Positions 1-9,831 of a stretch of 64,000 nucleotides of DNA are shown piece by piece. The DNA is taken from assembly GCA_016197205.1 (NCBI GenBank), contig JACPWG010000096.1:29902-93901 (forward strand), read 5' to 3'. This DNA is from Planctomycetota bacterium. Its GTDB lineage: Bacteria; Planctomycetota; MHYJ01; WSZJ01; JACPWG01. The stretch's first letter is position 1, and every line of letters starts with the position of its first letter. The translations under genes and the position numbers were made by a program. The notes under the pieces were generated by a model, which was not told where the DNA came from, did not search any database, and was given only the letters and a program-made list of their open reading frames with translations.

Positions 1-369
1 GTGCTGGGGCTTGCGCTGGCGTGGGTGATCTACCGGACGGAGGTGCGGCCCGCGTGGAACGTGGTCGAATCGGGGAAGGCGTTCGCGGAGCGGCTTCGTG
101 GTCGGACAGCCGACGGGGGCTTGATCCTGGGTTGGGGACCGGTGGAGGATGCGCTACCGTTTCACGCGCGCCGTGCCATCCGATGGTTCGCGCCGAGCGA
201 GCTCAGCTACCTCGTCGCGCGCCTTTCGCAGGCCCCCGCCTGCTACCTCGTGACGACGGAGGCGGGCCGTGCGCAGGTCCTTCGGGCCTCCACGAGCCTC
301 CACCTGACCACGCTGGAGACCGGCTGGGCGGGCGGCGAGCGCTGGGTGTTGATGACCACCGAGTCGTGA
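1..369 (+). CDS. 3'-terminal fragment (about 122 aa) of a CDS that begins upstream of the window. Product unassigned; possibly the periplasmic C-terminal part of a membrane glycosyltransferase-like protein.
   Basis: Frame is open from position 1 with a stop at 367-369. Codon bias matches the neighbouring genes. The 5' end is cut by the window edge. Confidence 0.4.
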   Translation: MLGLALAWVIYRTEVRPAWNVVESGKAFAERLRGRTADGGLILGWGPVEDALPFHARRAIRWFAPSELSYLVARLSQAPACYLVTTEAGRAQVLRASTSLHLTTLETGWAGGERWVLMTTES

Positions 370-905
370 GCGCGGGCGCATCCTTTGACCCTGCAGCCGG
401 CCCATTCAAGGTGGATGAACGAGTCGACTGTTGGGGAACAGACCATGAACGGTCCGCGGGCGGAAAGGGGCGAACAGATGGGTGCTCGCCTCCGCCGGCC
501 TCGGGCCCTTGTGGTGCAGGGCGTCCGCCCAGCACCGGCGGGACAACTCGGATGGAAATCACTCAGCCCGTTGGGTGCGGGGCAGGCTCGACGGGAAGCG
601 AGGGGGGGGGGGGGCTTCGGCGGCTCCTTGCGGGTGCGGGTGCAGGATTGGATAGCCTGCTTACGGCGAGCGAGAGTGTTGCAACACCACCCGAAGCAGC
701 GATGGCTTCGACCGCCGCGCCCGAGCTCGGAGGCGCGGCTCGGCTCGGCGGACGGCCACGGCCAGGGAGCTTCCGCGTCGGGCGCCTTCGGGCCCGCTGC
801 GGCGCGTCGGACTGTCCGGGTCACAGCCGTGCTCGACGACCAGCCGCCGGGCGGGACCGTCGTTTTTCCGTCACCCTCGTCAGGAAGGGAAAGCCGGGAC
901 GGTGC

Positions 906-2240
906 CTACCAGGAAAAGGTCACGCCCATCGTTGCCGTGTGACTCTCGATCTCCTGTCGCGCGAGATTGGAGTCGACGGAGCGGAACGCGTACTGCACGA
1001 ACAGGAGGACGTGGTCCGTGAGGTTGCGCTCGTAGCGGACCGACGCCGAGAACACGCCGTCGTCGCGGGTCTCACCGGCCTCGATCGGGTCTTCGCCGTC
1101 ATACCGCTCCCAAGACATGCCAAGGGAGCCGATCAGCCGAGCCTTCTCCGAAAGGGCGTAGGACGCGCCCGCGGCGAGCCCATCGGAGGTGAACGTCTGG
1201 AAGTCCTCGTCCGCATCGTACTCCCCGTGCGTGTAGGTGAGGAACACGTAGCGATCCCAGTCGGGCAGCAGGAGAAACTGAGTCAGTGTGCCGTAGTGGG
1301 CCTGGGCGTCAAGGTCGTCGTTGACGTCGTACTCGAGATCGACGAAGTCGTATTGGCCCCTCAGCCAGAAATTCCCCCCCTGATGCAGGAGCCCGTTCGC
1401 GTACACGTGGTGCTGTTCGTTGTAGAGGTCGAGCTCGGAGCCGATCAAGTACGTCGAGTAGTCGTACCCCACACCCGCCAGGAGGCGATCGCCGAACGCA
1501 TGCTCGTAGCCGGCGCCGGGCGTGTGGGCCTGGATGTTGAAGTCGTCGACGCTCCCGTACACCGTCTGGAAGAACGTGTAGGACAGGGAGATTCGGTCGT
1601 GGTCGGTCAGTGCGAAACGATAGCCTCCGTGGACGCGCGTCCAGAATCGACCGTCCTCCTCTTCGGTGGGGGTCGCGGTCGGATCCGCCTCGTTCGGCAA
1701 TGCGATCCCGGAGACGTAATCGCCTGCCACCGTGACGCTCAGCCACCAGGGCTTGCCATCCCCGCGTCGCGTCGTGGCGGCTGCGCGCGCATCCGGGGTT
1801 CGGTAGGGGCCCTCCGGCAGCTTCCCAGACTCGATGGCCTGAAGGAGACTGCCGACCGCGTCGGCGGTGCCCGCTTCGAGCCCTGCGGCGCGAGCCTCCT
1901 TCAGGACGGTCGCCGCCTCCGCGGGTTTCCCCTCGACGGCCAGGATCAGGGCAAGGTAGCTGCGGCACGTGGCCTCGTACCGACGGTCCAATTCGGCAGC
2001 CTGCTGGAACTGTCGACGGGCAACTTCGTACTCCTTGCGTTTGTAGGCCTCGAGCGCGGCGTTGAGCGCCTCCATCGCCTTCCGTGCGTTCTCGGGGTCG
2101 ACGGCGACGCCCTGCCCTGACGCCGCGGGCGGCGGTGTCGCAGCTTGGGCGAAGCACTCCGCGCGGCCCACGAGGGCGAATAGAACAAAAAGCGCCCAGA
2201 CCTGCCCTTGTCGCGCTACGCCTGCCACACCCCTGTGCAT
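906..2240 (-). CDS. Outer-membrane beta-barrel protein with an N-terminal TPR-like helical region, carrying a signal peptide.
   Basis: ATG at 2240 gives the signal peptide MHRGVAGVARQGQVWALFVLFALVGRAECFAQA. The C-terminal half has alternating aromatic/hydrophilic beta-strand patterns and ends in F-S-W, which is porin-like. The ORF upstream of this ATG has no protein-like sequence. Confidence 0.6.
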   Translation of the reverse strand: MHRGVAGVARQGQVWALFVLFALVGRAECFAQAATPPPAASGQGVAVDPENARKAMEALNAALEAYKRKEYEVARRQFQQAAELDRRYEATCRSYLALILAVEGKPAEAATVLKEARAAGLEAGTADAVGSLLQAIESGKLPEGPYRTPDARAAATTRRGDGKPWWLSVTVAGDYVSGIALPNEADPTATPTEEEDGRFWTRVHGGYRFALTDHDRISLSYTFFQTVYGSVDDFNIQAHTPGAGYEHAFGDRLLAGVGYDYSTYLIGSELDLYNEQHHVYANGLLHQGGNFWLRGQYDFVDLEYDVNDDLDAQAHYGTLTQFLLLPDWDRYVFLTYTHGEYDADEDFQTFTSDGLAAGASYALSEKARLIGSLGMSWERYDGEDPIEAGETRDDGVFSASVRYERNLTDHVLLFVQYAFRSVDSNLARQEIESHTATMGVTFSW

Positions 2241-2319
2241 GTGAGCTCCCCCGGAAGGACTCCGTTGTAAAATTGGATCCACCACCCCACGGAAATCGGA
2301 CCTCCACGGTCGGACGGGG

Positions 2320-3477
2320 TCAATCGCAGGGCCCCAGGTCGAACACGCCGCCGGAGACGCACCTGCCGTTGGTGCAGATAACTCCGGCGCCGAAGCGCGA
2401 GCAGTCACCCGCCCCGCTCCCCGCGGTGGGGATGAGCCCCGGAAAGCGGTCCGGGTCCGAAATCAGGCGGTTGAGGAAAATGAAAAGATTTCCGATGGGC
2501 GAGCCGGTTCCCCCGACGCTGTTGATGAAGTCCGCGTTCGCCTGAAGATTCAACTGGTTCTGGCGGGCCTGGGCGAGCCGGGCCACCTCCTGGGCGTTTT
2601 CCTCCACCTGCCTGCGCAGGTTGCGGAGGTTTTCGTCCTGCTCCGCCTGGGAATTGCCGATGATCACTCCCCGTCGGTTGTTCTCCTCGAGGTTCTCCAG
2701 TTGCGCTTCCAGCGCCTGTTGCCGCCGGAGCAACTCCACTTCGGCCGCGGACAGCGGGCTGGTGGTCGAGAGTCGCAGCAGGAGGTCCCGATCCCTCTCG
2801 TTTTGCTCCAGGCGCCGGTTGAGATTCGCGATGATCTGGGCACTGGCCTCCTCCGAGCCGCCGACGAAGACTCCGCGGCGTTCGTTCTCCTTCATGTTCT
2901 CCAGTTGCGCCCGCAGCGCCTCACGTTCGAGGCGCAACTCGACCTCCGATTGGGCGCCGGAGGTGGTCGAGAACCTGAGCAGTTGGTTGACTCTGTTCTG
3001 ATTGTCCAGCACCTGCTGGCGCAGGTTCGCGAGGTTTCGATCCTGCTCCGCCTGCGAGTCGCCGATGATCACTCCCCGCCGGTTGTTCTCCTCCAGATTT
3101 TCCAGTTGGGCGCGCAGTGACCGTCCCTCGTTCACAAGTTGGTTCAGCGGATCGACCACCTGTTGTGGGCCGGTGCTGCTCGACGACTGGGTCAGTTGAT
3201 CGATCTTTCTCTGGTTCTCCTCCACCTGCCGGCGCAGGTTCGCGAGGTTCCGATCCTGCTCCGCCTGCGAATCGCCGATGATCACTCCGCGCCGGTTGTT
3301 CTCCTCCAGGTTCTCCAGTTGGTTGCGCAGCGCCTGCCCCTGGTTACGAAGTTGGACCAGCGCATCTGCAGCCTGTGCAGGCCCATCCTCGGCGTTTGCG
3401 AGCCGGCTTGCCAGGCACAGCAGTCCCACAAGGAGCGCGAGGCTACAACTGAGTCTTCGAGTGGAGTGATGGAACAT
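2320..3477 (-). CDS. Secreted repetitive coiled-coil protein with a C-terminal Cys-rich domain. It contains four tandem 60-70-aa repeats of the form LENLEENNRRGVIIGDSQAEQDRNLANLRRQVEEN.
   Basis: ATG at 3477 gives the signal peptide MFHHSTRRLSCSLALLVGLLCLASRLANA. DNA repeat units start at about 2626, 2840, 3020 and 3236. The tail is ...CSRFGAGVICTNGRCVSGGVFDLGPCD. Confidence 0.6.
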   Translation of the reverse strand: MFHHSTRRLSCSLALLVGLLCLASRLANAEDGPAQAADALVQLRNQGQALRNQLENLEENNRRGVIIGDSQAEQDRNLANLRRQVEENQRKIDQLTQSSSSTGPQQVVDPLNQLVNEGRSLRAQLENLEENNRRGVIIGDSQAEQDRNLANLRQQVLDNQNRVNQLLRFSTTSGAQSEVELRLEREALRAQLENMKENERRGVFVGGSEEASAQIIANLNRRLEQNERDRDLLLRLSTTSPLSAAEVELLRRQQALEAQLENLEENNRRGVIIGNSQAEQDENLRNLRRQVEENAQEVARLAQARQNQLNLQANADFINSVGGTGSPIGNLFIFLNRLISDPDRFPGLIPTAGSGAGDCSRFGAGVICTNGRCVSGGVFDLGPCD

Positions 3478-3732
3478 CGAGCCACCTCCTTCGGTGAGAA
3501 TCACCTTGCCGGATTTCCCCTGGAGTCGCCCCCGCCCCCTACCCTCTCCATGAGCTCCAGCCGGGTATCCCCGTCGGTGCAGCGCGGACACGTCCACCGA
3601 AGCACCGCGCGCGAAGGCGGAAGTCCTGCACCACAAGGACTCGAGGTCGGCGGACGAGAAGACTGGGAAGTTCGCTCTTTCCCGCGCTCAGGCTTTGGAT
3701 GCTCCGTATCGCGAGCGTGTCGGCGAAATGGC

Positions 3733-6423
3733 CTACCAGTCCGGCCCGTGGACCTTTCGCGCCGACAGGTAGAAGAGCGCGTGCTCCCAGATGTGCGGCG
3801 AGTCGTTGCGGGACTCGTGGGTGAGCGCGCCGGGGAGGAGTCGGGAGAACTCGCCGAGGTGGCCGGTGCCGGTCGTCGGAACGTGGGTGGCGAACGAGGC
3901 GAGGATGGCGGCAAGTTCCGCCTCTTTCGCGGCGTCGCCGTGCCAGGCGAAGGAGAGCGCGAGGACCTGCTCGAGGTTGTAGGCGTAGTCGCCGGGCGTG
4001 CCCGCCAGGAGGGGGTCGAGAGTCGAGCGGAGCGCGTCCGCGTGCGGCGCGAGTGCCGGCGCGCCGGGCAGGCCGAAGAGGTTCGCCGGAAAGACCGCCC
4101 AGGTCGGGCCGCGGAGATTCGCGTCCGGACCCGTGAGCGTGCCGAAGACGCCGGTCGCGGGATTGTGGAAGTGCGACCAGATCGCCGTCTTCAGCGTATC
4201 GCGGCGCGACGCCCACGCTGAAACGAGCCAGGCCGCCTCCCCTTGCTCCGTGCCCGCCGCCACCGCGGCGTCGAGCGCGAGCCAAGTCGACACGGCCCCC
4301 TGTGAGCCCTGCGTGAGGGCCGGCACGTCGTCTTCGTTCGCCGGGAGGGGCAGGCCGGAGAACGGGTCGGTCCAATACGTCAGGAAATTCGCCCCGCGCT
4401 TGATGGCCGGATAGACCTCCGCCAAGTACGCCGTGCGCACGGCGCCGGCGAGCACTTCGCGATGGCTCGCCATGGACCAGACCGCGAGCGCTGCGTTATC
4501 GATCTCGAAAATCACCGGGCCGCCCGGCGTCCCGTCTGGTGCGTAGTTCATCTCCATGGTGCCCTGGAAGAACCCGGACGAGCGCTGGACGTGGGCGTAG
4601 AAAAGGTTGTGCTTCGTCGCGAGCGCGGGGTAGCCGGCGATGTCGAGGAGGCGATTGAGGAAGGCCCCGTCGCGCGGCCAATCGAACGCGTAGGGGATCT
4701 GCGGGGCGACGGAGGCCACGATGGCGCCGGTCGCGTTGTCGATGGCCGTGCGCAGCGAGATGAGGCCGCGGCGCGAGAGGCGCAGCACGTCCGGGTCGGT
4801 CGTGGCGGGCAGGATCGCGGCGCCGAGCCAGCCGTGCCACCAGAGCTGCGTGTTGTGGAGGTGCGTCGTCCACGGCACCGCGCGGGCAGTCGTGAGGACG
4901 TTCAGCGCGGCGGGCTGCGTGGCCGCGGCCGCGATGTACACGGTGACGCCGTCGGTCGTGCCGGCCTCCCCCGGCGTGCTGAGCGCGACCACGTCGTCGC
5001 CGCCACCGCCCCCGGGCGCGCCGAGGTCGAGGGGCCAGGCGAGCGCGCCGGCGGCCCGGGCCGCGCTCAGGGTGTTTCCCGAGAGCACGCCGTCCGCCGC
5101 GTCCGCGAGCGGGGAGAGCGCGGTCGCGCTGACGTTCGGCTCCAGGTCGTAGCCGAGCTGGTGGCCGGCGGTGGTCCGGTCTGAGCCGATCGTCAGGTAG
5201 ACGCCTGGGCCGAAGGTCGCGCCGGCCGCGGCGGCGGGGTTGGGGCCGGACCGCCAGGGCGGGAGCTTCGTGTAGTCCGCCACGCTGGGCCGGAAGTGCA
5301 GGATCGCGTCCTTCGTCGGCACCCAGACCGCGGCGAAATCGTTGAACGGATCGAGCAGCCAATCGGAGTATGGGATGCGAGCGAACCGATCGGTGCACGG
5401 GTCGAGATTTTCGTAGTAGATGAACGTCGCGGAGGTGACGGGGGACGAAGGCGCGCGCGTGACCTCGAAGCGGCGGACGAGGAGGTCCTTGGTGGGGTGG
5501 ACGAAGTCGCGCGAGGTCACGTGCAGGCCGAGCACGGCGTTATCGAACTCGGTGACGAGGATCGCGCTGGTGTCCTCGAGGTAGGTCTGCGAACGCGTCC
5601 ACTCGGAACCGTGCAGCAGCGAGAGGCCGGAGGTCCCGTCCGACGCGGTCCAGCGGATGGCGCCGAAGGAGCCCATGCCGGGCTCGGCGCCGAGGCGGGG
5701 CGCGGACCGGTCGGTCGCGCGATAGGCGACCTGGTCGAGGCCGCCGGGCCCCGGCCAGCGCAGGAGGGCGAGCGTGCCCTCGGCCGTGATGCCGGCGGTG
5801 AGCTTGCCGCTCCCGAGGGCGGCGTTGAGGGTCGCCGGATTCGATTCGATGAGCGCGGCGAAGGTCGGCGGCGCGTGGAGGGGTTCGCCGAAGGCCTGCG
5901 CGAGAATCGAGTGGTAGGCTGCCGACGCGACCGGAGGGAGGCCGGAGAAATCGGCCGGCGGGGTGCCGGGGGGCGCGAGGAGATTCGTCGCGCCGGTGAT
6001 CTCGGCGAGGGAGTTCACGACCTCCCACCAGGGACGGCCGCCGTATCCCCCGACGACGAGGGTGGAGTGGTCGACGAGGACCGTCCCGGCGGTGGTGACG
6101 TGGGTGGCCGTGAGGGCGTGCAGGCCGGGCTGGAGGCGGAGCCGCAGGTGTCGGCCGGCGCCGAGGTCGCCCGAGAGGTCGCTGGTCCACGTGATGGCGT
6201 CTGTCGGAAGCGCGACGCCGTGTGCGTCGCGTACCCGGGCGTCGAAATCCAGCCATTCGCCGAAGCCTCGCGCCGAAACGCCTGTCGGGGCGAGGATCTG
6301 CAGGCTTGCAGCCGGCCCCGCCGCGGGCGGGAGGCAGCCGCCGAGAAGTGCGAGTGCGAGCACCGCGATGGAAGAAACCGTCGACGCGACGCGTCCGCTG
6401 CGACCCGGGCCCTTCGACGCCAT
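3733..6423 (-). CDS. Lipoprotein of the glycoside hydrolase family 15 type (glucoamylase/glucodextranase-like).
   Basis: Start at 6423 is preceded by GGAGG. The lipobox is LALLGGC. The motif YAFDWPRDGAF matches the GH15 W-x-R-D signature. Protein length is about 896 aa. Confidence 0.55.
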   Translation of the reverse strand: MASKGPGRSGRVASTVSSIAVLALALLGGCLPPAAGPAASLQILAPTGVSARGFGEWLDFDARVRDAHGVALPTDAITWTSDLSGDLGAGRHLRLRLQPGLHALTATHVTTAGTVLVDHSTLVVGGYGGRPWWEVVNSLAEITGATNLLAPPGTPPADFSGLPPVASAAYHSILAQAFGEPLHAPPTFAALIESNPATLNAALGSGKLTAGITAEGTLALLRWPGPGGLDQVAYRATDRSAPRLGAEPGMGSFGAIRWTASDGTSGLSLLHGSEWTRSQTYLEDTSAILVTEFDNAVLGLHVTSRDFVHPTKDLLVRRFEVTRAPSSPVTSATFIYYENLDPCTDRFARIPYSDWLLDPFNDFAAVWVPTKDAILHFRPSVADYTKLPPWRSGPNPAAAAGATFGPGVYLTIGSDRTTAGHQLGYDLEPNVSATALSPLADAADGVLSGNTLSAARAAGALAWPLDLGAPGGGGGDDVVALSTPGEAGTTDGVTVYIAAAATQPAALNVLTTARAVPWTTHLHNTQLWWHGWLGAAILPATTDPDVLRLSRRGLISLRTAIDNATGAIVASVAPQIPYAFDWPRDGAFLNRLLDIAGYPALATKHNLFYAHVQRSSGFFQGTMEMNYAPDGTPGGPVIFEIDNAALAVWSMASHREVLAGAVRTAYLAEVYPAIKRGANFLTYWTDPFSGLPLPANEDDVPALTQGSQGAVSTWLALDAAVAAGTEQGEAAWLVSAWASRRDTLKTAIWSHFHNPATGVFGTLTGPDANLRGPTWAVFPANLFGLPGAPALAPHADALRSTLDPLLAGTPGDYAYNLEQVLALSFAWHGDAAKEAELAAILASFATHVPTTGTGHLGEFSRLLPGALTHESRNDSPHIWEHALFYLSARKVHGPDW

Positions 6424-6797
6424 CAGACCTCCTCGTGCCGTCTTTCCGCGCAATCCGCCCGCCTTCGCGGGCCCCAAAGAAGCGGAGCAGTTTAGCGGGA
6501 GCCGCCGGCGGAGTCAAGAGGATTGAACAGGTCGCGGATCACCGCAAGCCATGGGCACGGAGGACTCGTTGGAGGCCGGCGCGGGCGATCGGGCGCTGGG
6601 CGGCTGCGTCGATGCAGGCGTGGCCTGCGAGAGCCGCGGGACCGCTCGCTCACGCTCGCGGTTCGGTTCGATCGGTGCCCGTGCGCGTGCCAAGCGGTCG
6701 CGACGCAGGTGGCGCCCGGCGCAAACGAGCGCGCCCGCGCCGGGACCTCTCCGGTCCACGGCGCGGGCGCGCGAGCGTTGCTTTAGGCGAGGCGGCT

Positions 6798-9344
6798 CTA
6801 CGCCTTCTTCGGGATCCTCATCGAGTAGAACGACCGCCATACGAAGATCAGCGCAATCGCCAGGATCACCCCGCCGATCAAGACGGTGTAGTCCGCGCCG
6901 CCGCTGGTGTGCGCCTCGTGCTTCATCTCCAGCGCGATCTCCACGGCGAGCAACCCGAACAAGGTCGAGAACTTGATGATCGGGTTCAGCGCCACGGACG
7001 ACGTATCCTTGAACGGATCGCCCACCGTGTCGCCTACCACCGTCGCCGCGTGCAACGGCGTCCCCTTCTCCCTCAAATCCACTTCCACCAACTTCTTCGC
7101 GTTGTCCCATGACCCGCCCGCATTCGCCATGTAGATCGCCTGGAACAGCCCGAACACCGCGATCGAGATCAGGTACGCGACGAAGAAGTTCGGATCAAAG
7201 AACGCGAACGCCAGCGTGATCGACATCAGGACGATGAAGATGTTCCACATGCCCTTCTGGGCGTACTGCGTGCAGATGCGGACGACCGTCTTCGAGTCCT
7301 CGAGGTCGGCCTCTTTCTTCGTGAGGTCCATGTTCTTCTTGATGTATTCGACCGCGCTGTACGCGCCCGTCGTCACAGCCTGCATCGACGCGCCGCAGAA
7401 CCAGTAGACCACCGCGCCGCCGCAGATGAAGCCCAAGAGCACCGGCGCATCCGTCAAGCTCAGATGCAAGATGCCGGCTTTTCCGAGGATCAGGATGATC
7501 GAGAAGATCATCGTCGTCGCGCCGGCGACCGCCGTGGCGATCAGCACGGGCTTCGCCGTGGCCTTGAACGTGTTCCCCGCCGAATCGTTCGATTCGAGAT
7601 AGTGCTTGCCCAGCGTGAAATCGGGCGTGAAGCCGAAGTCTCTCTTGATCTCGTCGACGATGCCCGGGAGGTGCTCGGTCTGCGCCAGCTCGAATACCGA
7701 CTGCGCATTGTCCGTCACCGGACCGTAGCTGTCCACCGCGATGGTCACCGGTCCCATGCACAGGAAGCCGAAGGCCACGAGGCCGAACGCGAAGATCGAC
7801 CCGACGCCCACCAGCGGCGCGTTTTTGTACAGCTCCACCATCATGACCGCGTCCAGGCCCTGGAGGCTGACGAAATACGCCCCGCCCATCAGGCCCGCGA
7901 TCAAGAGGCCCATCCAGAAGGCGCTGAAGTTGCCGGCCACGATGCCGGAGAGGATGGTGAGCGACGCGCCCCCTTCGCGCGAGGCCGTCACGATCTCCTT
8001 CACGTGCTTCGAGTGCGAGCTCGTGAAGACCTTCGTGAATTCGGGGATCAGCACGGCCGCGAGCGTGCCGCAACTGATGATCGAGGCGAGTTGCCACCAC
8101 AATTCCGGCAGGGGCTTTCCGCCGACCGAGAGGTCGCGTATCAGCAGCCAGCTCATGCCGAACGAAGTCGAGATGCACAGCATCGACGCAATCCATATCA
8201 GGCGCGTGAGCGGCTGCTCGAAATCGAATTCCTTCAGACCCTTGTACTTCTTCTCGGAGATGTACTGGTTGATGAAGTAGGCCGCGCCGGACATGAAGTC
8301 CATCAGGAAGCGCATCGCGAAGATCCAGACGATCAGTTTCGCCTGGATGTCGACATAGGAAGGCAAGCTTGCGACGTACTCCGGCGTCCCTCGAGAGAAC
8401 GGCGGGACGACGGCGAGCGTGATGAAGGAGATGAGCGCGACGCCGGTCACGCCGTACGTTTCGAAGCCGTCGGCGGTCGGGCCGACCGAGTCGCCCGCGT
8501 TGTCGCCGGTGCAGTCCGCGATGACGCCGGGGTTGCGCGGGTCGTCTTCCTTGACGTTGAAGACGATCTTCATCAGGTCGGAGCCGATGTCGGCGATCTT
8601 CGTGAAGATGCCGCCCGCGATGCGCAGGGCCGACGCGCCGAGCGACTCGCCGATCGCGAAGCCGAGGAAGCAGATGCCGACGATCTCACGCGGCACGAAG
8701 AGCAGGATGATGACCATCATCACGAGCTCAAGCGAGATCAGGAAGAGCCCGACCGACATGCCGGCGCGAAGCGGAATGTTGACCACGTCCCAAGGCTCGC
8801 AGCGGAGGGCGGCGAACGCCGTACGGCAGTTTGCGTAGGTGTTGACACGGATGCCGTACCAGGCCACCGCGTAAGAGCCGAGCATGCCGACCACGGAGAA
8901 GAACAGGACGAGAAGCAAGGTCGAGAGGCTCTTCGCTTGCAGCCCCATGAAGTAGTACGACATGGCGCTGCCGATCAAGACGAACAGCATCACGAGGAAC
9001 TTGCCCTGCTGGATGAGGTAGGTCTTGCAGGTCTGGTAGATGATCTCGGAGACGTTCAGCATGGACTTGTGGCACGGCAGCACGTGGATCTGCTTGCGCA
9101 GATAGAGGCTGATTCCGAGTGTGCCGCAGATGACCCATGCGCCGTAGAAAAGCAGGTTCCAGGCGCTGATCCCGAACAGGCTGTCGAAGTGTCCCTTATC
9201 CAGGTCCGGGATCGCCAGGTCCGCTTCGCTCGCACGGGCCACGCCCGCGGAGAGCAACCAGACGAAGGCGAAAACCGGAATCGGTAACAGACGCTTGAGG
9301 GCCGCAGCCGCCGAGGCGAGCCGCGCGGGGCCGGTTCGCTCCAT
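6798..9344 (-). CDS. hppA: Membrane-bound proton-translocating inorganic pyrophosphatase (H+-PPase).
   Basis: About 16 transmembrane segments. Conserved H+-PPase motifs are present: GGG..TKAADVGADL.GK.E, DNVGDNVGD and EALEMKHEAHTSGG. ATG at 9344 has a GGAGG Shine-Dalgarno sequence. The upstream part of the long ORF is not protein-like. Confidence 0.9.
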   Translation of the reverse strand: MERTGPARLASAAAALKRLLPIPVFAFVWLLSAGVARASEADLAIPDLDKGHFDSLFGISAWNLLFYGAWVICGTLGISLYLRKQIHVLPCHKSMLNVSEIIYQTCKTYLIQQGKFLVMLFVLIGSAMSYYFMGLQAKSLSTLLLVLFFSVVGMLGSYAVAWYGIRVNTYANCRTAFAALRCEPWDVVNIPLRAGMSVGLFLISLELVMMVIILLFVPREIVGICFLGFAIGESLGASALRIAGGIFTKIADIGSDLMKIVFNVKEDDPRNPGVIADCTGDNAGDSVGPTADGFETYGVTGVALISFITLAVVPPFSRGTPEYVASLPSYVDIQAKLIVWIFAMRFLMDFMSGAAYFINQYISEKKYKGLKEFDFEQPLTRLIWIASMLCISTSFGMSWLLIRDLSVGGKPLPELWWQLASIISCGTLAAVLIPEFTKVFTSSHSKHVKEIVTASREGGASLTILSGIVAGNFSAFWMGLLIAGLMGGAYFVSLQGLDAVMMVELYKNAPLVGVGSIFAFGLVAFGFLCMGPVTIAVDSYGPVTDNAQSVFELAQTEHLPGIVDEIKRDFGFTPDFTLGKHYLESNDSAGNTFKATAKPVLIATAVAGATTMIFSIILILGKAGILHLSLTDAPVLLGFICGGAVVYWFCGASMQAVTTGAYSAVEYIKKNMDLTKKEADLEDSKTVVRICTQYAQKGMWNIFIVLMSITLAFAFFDPNFFVAYLISIAVFGLFQAIYMANAGGSWDNAKKLVEVDLREKGTPLHAATVVGDTVGDPFKDTSSVALNPIIKFSTLFGLLAVEIALEMKHEAHTSGGADYTVLIGGVILAIALIFVWRSFYSMRIPKKA

Positions 9345-9831
9345 GTTTCCTCCACTCCTTGAAGGCCGGGCGGGAAAAAGGGCAGGGTCCAAAGCTCGCC
9401 CCATCGAAGGAAGGCTCGCCGCGCCGTTGGAAGGGGGGACGCGGGCGCCGGTCCGCACCCGGACGCCAGTCGTTCGCAGCGGGGCCTTCAGGCCCTGGGT
9501 GAGCTTTGAACCATGCAGAAAAGCACAATTCCGCGAGCGGCGGATTGTATCCGCGCCGTGGGGGCGGGGCAACGAAAAACAACGCCCTTCGAGACCTCCG
9601 TCGCACCTCCTGCCTTGCATCCCCGGCGCGTTGACGCTATCCTAGTGGCCCGTTGACCCGTGCGGTCCCACTTCTGGATGGCCGGGGCCCCGTTCGTAGT
9701 TCCGCCTTCAGGCGGACCGTCTGGCCGCACCGCTATCGACTGCGGAGAGATCGGTCTGGGGGTGAGTGAGAACTTCGTCAACGGGCCTAAAACGCGGGTG
9801 GTCGCGAGCCGAGGCGGAAGGCTTGCGCAAA

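Larger units (their letters stand above)
492..3653. mobile_element. TIR-bounded 3.2-kb cassette (non-autonomous, MITE-derived) that carries the outer-membrane beta-barrel gene and the secreted repeat-protein gene.
   Basis: The left TIR 492..520 (ccgccggcctcgggcccttgtggtgcagg) is the reverse complement of the right TIR 3625..3653 (cctgcaccacaaggactcgaggtcggcgg) with 2 mismatches. The sub-terminal sequence is also shared with the 56358..56575 element. Confidence 0.5.

Noticed and set aside
21-2120. A 699-aa ORF on the plus strand, and similar very long ORFs at 7464..9287 (+), 13329..16001 (+), 21876..24953 (+), 38933..41914 (-), 44000..46744 (-) and 60553..62253 (-).
   Set aside because: All lie antisense to strongly supported genes (hppA, Mo-oxidoreductase, RND, STAND, kinase, permease). 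Their translations are Arg/Gly/Pro-rich low-complexity sequence typical of out-of-frame reading of 70% GC DNA. They have no motifs and no RBS.
6727-6766. A GC-rich 12-bp-stem hairpin downstream of hppA, considered as a Rho-independent terminator.
   Set aside because: No T-run follows on the hppA strand. It is more likely a REP-type palindrome or a Rho-dependent site. Left uncalled.
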